A stretch of DNA of 64,000 bases from Octopus vulgaris (Eukaryota). The translations under genes and the position numbers were made by a program. Shown here piece by piece: positions 55,212 to 64,000 of this stretch. The notes beneath the pieces are model-generated. The model made no database searches. It saw nothing but the letters and a program-made list of their open reading frames with translations, and was not told the DNA's origin. How positions within the stretch are numbered: the stretch's first letter is position 1; every line of letters begins with the position of its first letter. The stretch spans positions 6,572,001-6,636,000 of the forward strand of contig OX597836.1 of NCBI GenBank assembly GCA_951406725.2, written 5' to 3'.

Positions 55212-55878
55212 AAAGAACCTCTTCTGTCATGAATGACCATGGGATTGCACCTAGAAAGTTCCCCTCCGAGGCACAAGTCTGGGCAAGGTTGTTTATTGCA
55301 AGACAAAGAGTCGCCCATTCATGCCAGTCTCCCCCCTCTCCACGCCATCGATGTTATCCAACGGAAAAGCAAAGGGGCCGATGCACTGGTGACGGTGAAG
55401 TCGAAACTCATATCTATAGCTGAGTGAAACTGGAACAACGTGAAATAAAATGTCTTGCTCAAGAACACAACACGCAGCCCGGTCCGGGAATCGAACTCTC
55501 TAACCTCTGAGCCGTGCACCTTCACTCATAATATTTAAAACCCTTTAGCATTTAGATAATTCTGTCAAATATAAAGCGTAAAGACCCCCTTTGGTCATGA
55601 ATGACCATGGGATCGCCCTGAGAAAGTTCTCCTCCGAGGCACAAGTCTAGGAAAGGTTGTTTATTGCAAGACAAAGAGTCGCCCATTCATGCCAGTCTCC
55701 CCCTCTCCACGCCACCGATGTTATCCAACGGAAAAGCAAAGGGATCGATAGAGCTTGGCACCGGTGACGGTGCAACTCATATCTTCAGCTCAGTGAAATT
55801 GGAGCAACGTGAAATAAAGTGCCTTGCTGAAGAGCACAGCACACAGTCCGATCTGGGAATCGAACTCATTATTTCATG
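55212..55878 (-). mobile_element. two copies of SINE family D (about 55212-55520 and 55579-55878)
   Basis: Both share GTCATGAATGACCATGGGAT...CCTCCGAGGCACAAGTCT...GGAATCGAACTC; B box GAGTTCGATTCC on the minus strand. Confidence 0.8.
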
Positions 55879-55979
55879 AGACGAGCGTAAAACTTGAAAT
55901 ACTTGTGAAAAAAAGACACACCTAAAACCTTAGAAATAAACTAATTTCACCTTCAAAGTGAGGCAGGGGGGGGGGTTCT

Positions 55980-56563
55980 TTTATTCTTTTATCTGTTTCA
56001 GTCATTAGACTGCGACCATGCTGGGGCATCACAATGAAGAGATTTTCGTCGAAGGAATCGACTCCAGTACTATTTTTTTTGCAGCCTGGTACTTATTCTC
56101 TCGTCTCTTTTGGTGAAGTACTAAACTATGAGGACATAAACACACCAACACCAGTTGTGAAACGGAGGGGCACAAACACGGACACAAAGTCACACACACA
56201 CACATACATACATATATACATACACATATAAGTATATATATGTGGAGGGGCAATGGCCCAGTGGTTAGGGCAGCAGACTCGCAGTTGTAGTATCGCGGTT
56301 TCGATTCCCAGACCGGGCATTGTGAGTGTTTATTGAGCGAAGACACCTAAAAAGCTCCACGAGGCTCCGGCAGGGGGTGGTGGCGATCCTTGCTGTACTC
56401 TTTCGCCACAACTTTTTCTCACTCTTTCTTCTTTTGGCCTGCTCGCTTAGCCAGCGAGGTGGCGTCATTTGAAGGCTAAAACAATGCAAAGTGCATTGTG
56501 ACCAGCGATGTGTAGCAACATCTGATAGCCTGGTCGGTCACGGTGATGATTATGTTGATAAGT

Positions 56564-56628
<65 letters not shown>

Positions 56629-56735
56629 CAACGGGCTTCTTTCAGTTTCCATCTGCAGATCCACTCACAAGGCTTTGATCGGTCCAAAGCTATAAGCAGA
56701 AGTCACTTGCCCAAGGTCTCACACAGTAGGACTGC
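55980..56735 (-). mobile_element. SINE family B split by a family C insertion
   Basis: 3' half at about 55980-56200, 5' part at about 56630-56735. Confidence 0.7.
56245..56548 (+). mobile_element. SINE family C (tRNA-Arg-like head), near full length
   Basis: A box TGGCCCAGTGG, anticodon-like GACTCGC, B box GGTTTCGATTCC, 3' end GGTCGGTCACGGTGAT. Confidence 0.85.
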
Positions 56736-57389
56736 ACAAACACACACAGACATTTTTGCAGAACAAACGTTATTTTAAAGAAATACAACTTGTATTCACC
56801 CGATGAAACACACCTACACCGACGGATACATCTACACCTACATCTACATATATATGGGGAAATGAGAAGTGGAAATGGCGCTGGTGGCACTGGAGGGGCT
56901 GGAGTGACAGGTGTTGTGGTGGTCATGGTAGTTATGGTGGTGGTGATGGTCGACGGGGTGGTAATGCTGCCGCTGGGGACGCAGGATTTACAGTGGTGGT
57001 CGCGGTGGGTATGACGGTGCTAGAGATATTGGTGGTATTGGTGGTGGTCGTGGTGGTGGCGTTGCTGGTTGTGGTGATTGTGGTTGTAGTGGCTGCGGTA
57101 GTCGCCGTGACAGTGATGTGCCTCGTGGTAAATTGGAGGATAAAGAGGACTTTATTCTTCTGAGTAAACCTTGACGGAATTAAAGAAAAAAACATCAACA
57201 ACAACAACAGCAAAAAACAACAACAGCAAAAAACAACAACAGCAAAAAACAACAACAATAAAAACAACAACAGCAGCAATAACGACAACAATAATAATGA
57301 TCATCATCATCATCATCATGATCACAATCATGATAATAATAATGATAATACAAATAATGATGATGATGATGATCATGAAAATAATAATG

Positions 57390-57514
<125 letters not shown>

Positions 57515-58775
57515 CATGATGATGATGATAATAATAATAATAATAACAATAATAATAATAATGATAATAATAATAATGATAATAATAATAATGGTAATAG
57601 CAATAATAATAATATCGTAATGAAGTTAATAAAAGTACTCAACAGTAATGATGACGATGAGGTTGATAATTGTGTTGTGGATTCACAGAATCTTGCAGAG
57701 AGAAGGTCGAACTTGGGGGTCAGTTACAGAATACAAGCACAAAGGTCACCTGCCTGATTAAACAAACTCATTCCTAGGCATTTTCTTTCCTTTATTTATC
57801 TATAGATTTGCATTTATTATCTTGTCCGTTCCTTCCTGTGTCTTCCTTCAGCAAATGAATCTCGTTTCTGCCCCCACCACCACCACCACCACCACTATTA
57901 CGTTTTTCTTTACTTTCTTTCGCTTCTTTGCGCTCCTCTCGTTTCTTTCTCCTTCTCCGATGCCCCCTTTGACATTTGCCACAATCACGTCACAATCATT
58001 TCGATCGTTTCTTCACGCTGCCCCTTCACTATCAACCTTTCATTATCAATACTGTGGCCATCTTTATCAACGTCATCGCCATCAGTCGAACCACCATCAT
58101 CATCATCATCGTTGTTAATATTATTACTTTTTTTTTCCACTGTTATCGTTGTTGTTATTATTATTGTTATTGCTATGTTTATTATCTTCGACCATGTCCC
58201 CCGCCGTCACCGCCACATCTAATGCACTCTTAGCTTTTTTCTTCTCCAACATCCTCAAGTTTTCTCTGGCTTATTGTCTCTGTTTGTCCTTCTCGGCGCT
58301 TATATCACTCGTCTTCTCTCCTCGACGGCTCTGCGAAAATCTAAATTACAAGCCACCCCCACACACCATTCACACACAAAAAAACCCCACCAGATTGAAA
58401 AACTAAACAAATCAGCCAGATCCATCTTAGACGGCTAGATAACAGATCCTTTTCCACTGAAAAGGAAGTGATTTCGATACTAATCTACGTCTAAAATTTG
58501 TTTTATTTTTCGTTTCTTATATCTTGTATCTTTACAATAACAAACTCTGTTAGAGTCACTATATGTGTGTGTATATATATCTATATATTTGTGTGTGTGT
58601 TTGTGTGTATGGTGTATGTATAGATTCATGCATACATACATACACACACACACACACACATACAAATATATATACATAAACACACACACATATATAAGTA
58701 TGTATGCATATCGAAATGATTATTTTATCAAACTATTAACAATGGACGTACGGATTTAAGAGGATCTGTTAAATT

Positions 58776-58839
<64 letters not shown>

Positions 58840-58980
58840 TAATAATAATAAGCCACTGCCTAGTATTGCATCAGAGTATATATTATAATAGTAATGAAGA
58901 GTATGGAGACTTGTTCATCCACAAAATTTACATACATATATATATATACATATATGTATGTATTTATATATACACACACG

Positions 58981-59382
58981 TGTAAGCACATAAATACAAG
59001 ACAAGGTGGGAAAGAGTAGTACTCGAATACCGAAGGTAGAGTAATATGTTGTCCGACGAATGGAAGCGTGAAACTGTTTTGTGATGTTTTTGCAGCTCTA
59101 ATAATAAAGCATATACATGTATGTGTGTATGTGTGTGTATGTATGTATGTGTGTATGTGTGTGCATGTATGTATGCATGTATGTATGTATGTATGTATTT
59201 GAGCGTATTCTTCTGAAGAGAGGCCTCTGCACCCGAAACAAAGCTTTATTAAACTTTCTGCATTGTCAGAAACTCTGCTTCTCTCTCTCATTTCATTCAC
59301 TTTTCTATTTCTGTTTTACAACGCTTCAAGCAAGCAACAGCACTCTTCTTATATATATCTGTGTATGTATATATATATATAT

Positions 59383-59466
<84 letters not shown>

Positions 59467-59659
59467 TTAAAGCAGCAGAAAATTCAACAAAACCTGTTAC
59501 TCTGAGTTTCACGTTGCCGTTCGTCCGACGAACGGCAACGGGGAACTCAGAGTAACAGGTTTTGTTGAATTTTCTGCTGCTTTAAATAAGGCATATTACT
59601 CTACCACTGGTATTTGAGTACTCTTTTTTCACCTTGTTTCACATTTATGTGTTTACTCC

Positions 59660-59660
<1 letters not shown>
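58981..59660. mobile_element. cluster of hammerhead-bearing repeat fragments in both orientations (PLE-terminal-repeat-like)
   Basis: 58981-59048 is inverted relative to 59592-59657; 59051-59114 is homologous to 59523-59595; CCGACGA...GAAAC motifs present. Confidence 0.6.
59463..59589. repeat. near-perfect palindrome, 63-bp arms, 1-nt centre, 2 mismatches
   Basis: Arms 59463-59525 and 59527-59589, checked base by base. Confidence 0.95.
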
Positions 59661-59699
<39 letters not shown>

Positions 59700-59701
<2 letters not shown>

Positions 59702-60096
59702 TAGATATGTTTCGACCAAAGATTGGTCCAGGCCATGTCTAACTTAATAGCACCACCTGATAGGATTATCTAAATCCTGTTTAAGTCAAGTTTGTTTATG
59801 GTCCATTCAAGTAGTGAGTTTTTGTTGGGTGAGTTGTATCCAATTATGGGTGGCTTATCTGGTATTCTTTGAAGGAATCTATCCAGACTCCGTTTAAAGT
59901 TGATGGGATCCTTTTCCTCTTTGATCTCTTTCGGGACAATGTTAAATAGGGCAGGGCCTGTTGAGGAAAAGAAATTATGTTGCAGTGTACATATATGCTG
60001 TGATCCTGAATTGGGCAGGGGACGTATGACCCGTGGTCCCAGTCTTGGTTGAACCAAATCCTGAATTGGGCAGGGGACGTATGGTCCTTGGTCCCA
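59700..60096 (-). mobile_element. 5'-truncated LINE (CR1/Jockey-group-like): ORF2 C-terminus plus 3' UTR
   Basis: GPALFNIVPKEIK...FKRSLDRFLQRIPDKP...GY...NSLLEW matches the typical non-LTR ORF2 tail; 3' hairpin GACCAA-tct-TTGGTC; second copy at 15983-16168. Confidence 0.8.
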
Positions 60097-60104
60097 TATA
60101 TATT

Positions 60105-60190
60105 CTTTATTCTTTTATTTATTTCAGTCATTTGACTGTGGCCATGCTGGAGTACCGCCTTTAGTCGAACAAATCGACCAACAACTTATT
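60105..60190 (-). mobile_element. SINE family B 3' end
   Basis: TTTCAGTCATTTGACTGTGGCCATGCTGGAGTACCGCCTTTAGTCGA. Confidence 0.8.
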
Positions 60191-60466
60191 CTGCTCAATG
60201 ATCCCTCAATAAGGGTTGCTTAAGGATGTTGAACAAAACACCCAAGTTTCGAGAGGTGAATTATTCAAACTTCGAAGAATTCCTATCAACAAATGGCCAT
60301 GATGCTCCCCCACTACTTCTGCTCGTGATCAGAGATGCACATATTGTTGGCCACTAAGGGACATGCTCAACTGGCTAGGGTCAAACAACTGACAAGCAGA
60401 TCTGTGGTATTGAGCAGAATATTTGCTGTAGCCCATCATTTATACCAAGACAACACAATGATATTA

Positions 60467-60547
<81 letters not shown>

Positions 60548-60550
60548 TTT

Positions 60551-60707
<157 letters not shown>

Positions 60708-61221
60708 TTTTTATTATTATTATTATTATTATCATTATTATGTTTCGTAATGAATAATATGATAATGTTTGAAATAGGAGGACGAAAAGGAGGAGAGGAA
60801 GAAGAAGAAGAAGAAGAAGAAGAAGAAGGAGGAGGAGGAGGACAAGAAGAAGAAGAAGAAGAAGAAGAAGAAGAAGAAGAAGAAGAAGAAGAAGAAGAAG
60901 AAGAAGAAGAAGAAGAAGAAGAAGAAGAAGAAGAAGAAGAAGAAGAAGAAGACGATGATGATGGTGATGATAGGTGATGATAGTAACCAGGGCAAAAGCT
61001 TCAGAAGAAGCGACTTATCTTATATTTTCACGACCTCTCCCAAATCTGATCATCCTCTAGGATCGATTTTTGATCGAACAGAAATATATTCAGGAGGGAA
61101 ATTACTAAACTGACACGAATACGATTTGAACTTTTAACCTCTTACCATCTGATGTTACAATAATATCGAAATATTACTAGTTTCTGTTTATCTACCTAAC
61201 TATCTATCTACCTATCTCTCC

Positions 61222-61224
<3 letters not shown>

Positions 61225-61263
<39 letters not shown>

Positions 61264-61367
61264 ATACACACATACATATACACATATACATATATTATAT
61301 ATATGTATTACATATATATATATATATAAATACATATATATACACATAATATATATATGTATATGTG

Positions 61368-61399
<32 letters not shown>

Positions 61400-61422
61400 A
61401 ACATACACACATACATATACAC

Positions 61423-61510
<88 letters not shown>

Positions 61511-61513
61511 GTG

Positions 61514-61545
<32 letters not shown>

Positions 61546-61568
61546 AACATACACACATACATATACAC

Positions 61569-61607
<39 letters not shown>

Positions 61608-61667
61608 TATATACATATATATATACATATATATATAAATATTTATATATATGTATATGTGTATATG

Positions 61668-61700
<33 letters not shown>
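61225..61700. repeat. higher-order repeat of a (TA)/(CA) compound unit, period about 140 bp, three copies
   Basis: AAACATACACACATACATATACACATATAC recurs near 61260, 61399 and 61545. Confidence 0.85.
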
Positions 61701-61701
<1 letters not shown>

Positions 61702-62108
61702 CGCACACACACGCGGACACATACACACACACATATATTTAATAAGTCTATGCATGAAGATAAATATTTGTGTAGGAATCTATTCATCTAACTGAACACA
61801 TCCTTTTATAGATATATTTATCTCTATTTGTATAGCAACATATCTGTCTCTCACTTTATCTGTCTATCTATCTATCTACCTATCTATCTATCTATTTATC
61901 TATCTATCTATCTGCCTCTCTGTCTGTCTGTCTGTCTGTCTCTCTATTCATTCCTCTGTTTATTTTCGTAGTCCGTTTCTATATCGACCATTCTCTCTGC
62001 TTATATGCATATAAATACAAATCTTCTTCTTACATGAATACTCACTCACAGAGAAAATCATATCACTACAAATATTATTTATGCATATCTGCATATCTCT
62101 ATATATAA

Positions 62109-62180
<72 letters not shown>

Positions 62181-62518
62181 GGTGAGAGAGAGAGAGAGAT
62201 AGTGTGATAGTGTGAGCATTAATATAGATTAACATTTATAAAAAGAATGTATTTCGCATTGATAAAAGTAATTCCGAAGTTTCACCAGATTTGGCACTTC
62301 TAACTGTACGAATATATACATTCTTATACATACATATACACACATACATACATACATACATACATACATACATACATACATACATACATACATACATACA
62401 TACATACATACATACACGTATGTATATATGTATATATATATATATATACATACCTATGTATGTATATATATACGTATACATACATATGTATGTATATATA
62501 TATGTATACATACCTATG

Positions 62519-62590
<72 letters not shown>

Positions 62591-62677
62591 TACGCATATA
62601 TGTGAGTGTATATATATATATGCATATGTATATATATATATATATGTGTGTGTTTGTGTGTGTGTGTGTGTGTATGC

Positions 62678-62710
<33 letters not shown>

Positions 62711-63227
62711 TGTATGTATGTATACATGTACATTATCTTCTTGTGGACTATCTTTTTTGCAGTTGATACTCAACAATTCGTTCTCTGTATTTTTTGCTTT
62801 ACGATTTCCGGACGATTTGGAAAATAGAAGGTAAGACAGCTGTCCCAAAGGGACCCGTTGGAGATATTGGAATAACTTGAGGCCAATAATTATTATATAA
62901 GATTGAAGTAAAGGGATCTTATTTGTTGACCATATAACCATTCCATGCCAAATATAAATGTAAATAAAGATGTGAATGCTGTGAATGGAGAGGTGAGATC
63001 TTTTGTTGAGTTTGAAGAAAAGGATGAGTAGAAGATGGAAAATCGTTGTGGATATGAATAATGAAAATAGAGTAAAATCTGTGAGAAAAAAACAGACAGA
63101 ATACAAAGTATCAATACTGGAATATGATGAAAATAATGGGTAAAAATGAATAGTATAGATAAAAATGATATTAGATTAAGGAAATTTGAATCAAAACGCT
63201 AGTTTTAAATACTTCTGAGCAAATATT

Positions 63228-63437
63228 GGTTTCAAATTTTGGCAAATGATCAATAATTTTGAAGAACAGGGTAATTCGCTTACATCGACTCCAGTACTTA
63301 ACTGGTACTTATTTTATCGATTTCGAAAAGATGAAGGGCAAAGTCGACCTCGACGGAATTTGAACTCGGAACGTAAAGACGAATGAAGTGCTGCTAAGCG
63401 TTTTTGCCCGGCGTGCTAACGATTCTGCCTGCTCGCC
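63228..63437 (-). mobile_element. SINE family A
   Basis: Reverse complement of family A, including head TGCCCGGCGTGCTAACGATTCTGCC. Confidence 0.85.
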
Positions 63438-63615
63438 TCCATAATAATAACAAATATTGCAATGAAACATCAAAATTTAGTTTCTTTTTCACTTGTAAGA
63501 TATATATAAAACCTTTAACGGAAATACAGTCAAAGTTAGCTATCCTTGTATGAATTGCTTCTCTCCCAATTATCAATTTCCATTCAAAAAGACACCTTTC
63601 TACTACTACTACTAT

Positions 63616-63659
<44 letters not shown>

Positions 63660-63773
63660 GCGTTGCATTAGTCTTCTCAAAGTTAATTGCCATTCGAAAG
63701 ATTCTGTTTGTTGTACTAAAGGGTAAGAGTTTAAAAGACCTGCCAGAGACTACAGCCGAATCTTCCTTCCAAA

Positions 63774-63809
<36 letters not shown>

Positions 63810-64000
63810 ACACTCACACACACACACACACACACTCACACACACAGACACACTCACACTCTCATACACACACAGAGTCATAAGTACGTACACACACACA
63901 CACACACATTGGGTAATTTCTACATATATCAAAAAGTAGTAGTAGTTTAATTAGTGCAGGTAGGAAGGGTGTAATTGTAGGTGGTTATAGTGTAGGTGGT

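Noticed and set aside
56245-56320. tRNA-Arg(TCG) gene
   Set aside because: Continues into a multi-copy SINE body; cloverleaf imperfect.

Overview
AT-rich eukaryotic non-coding DNA saturated with microsatellites ((TA)n, (CA)n, (TATG)n, (ATT)n, (AAG)n, (GGT)n) and tRNA-derived SINEs. The repeat repertoire resembles Octopus/coleoid cephalopod genomes (inference from recalled SINE families, not a database result). No host protein-coding gene is supported: almost all listed ORFs are microsatellite read-throughs, so this is probably a large intron or gene desert. The real coding-derived sequence is fossil TE: a Penelope-like element (RT plus C-terminal GIY-YIG, minus strand, ~45.0-46.3 kb), a Tc1 transposase fragment, a mariner-like end, two 3' ends of one LINE and a possible hAT fragment. 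There are also several MITEs and a Helentron-type HINE. The most notable signal is a set of minimal hammerhead-ribozyme (HHR)-like motifs. One sits in a tRNA-headed SINE-like element that forms a head-to-head palindrome, one has a compensatory U3-A8 core, and one lies at the centre of a palindrome with 63-bp arms. Together they suggest non-autonomous, possibly Pol III-driven, ribozyme-carrying elements mobilised by Penelope-like retroelements. SINE family labels A-D are my own working names, and SINE boundaries are approximate.
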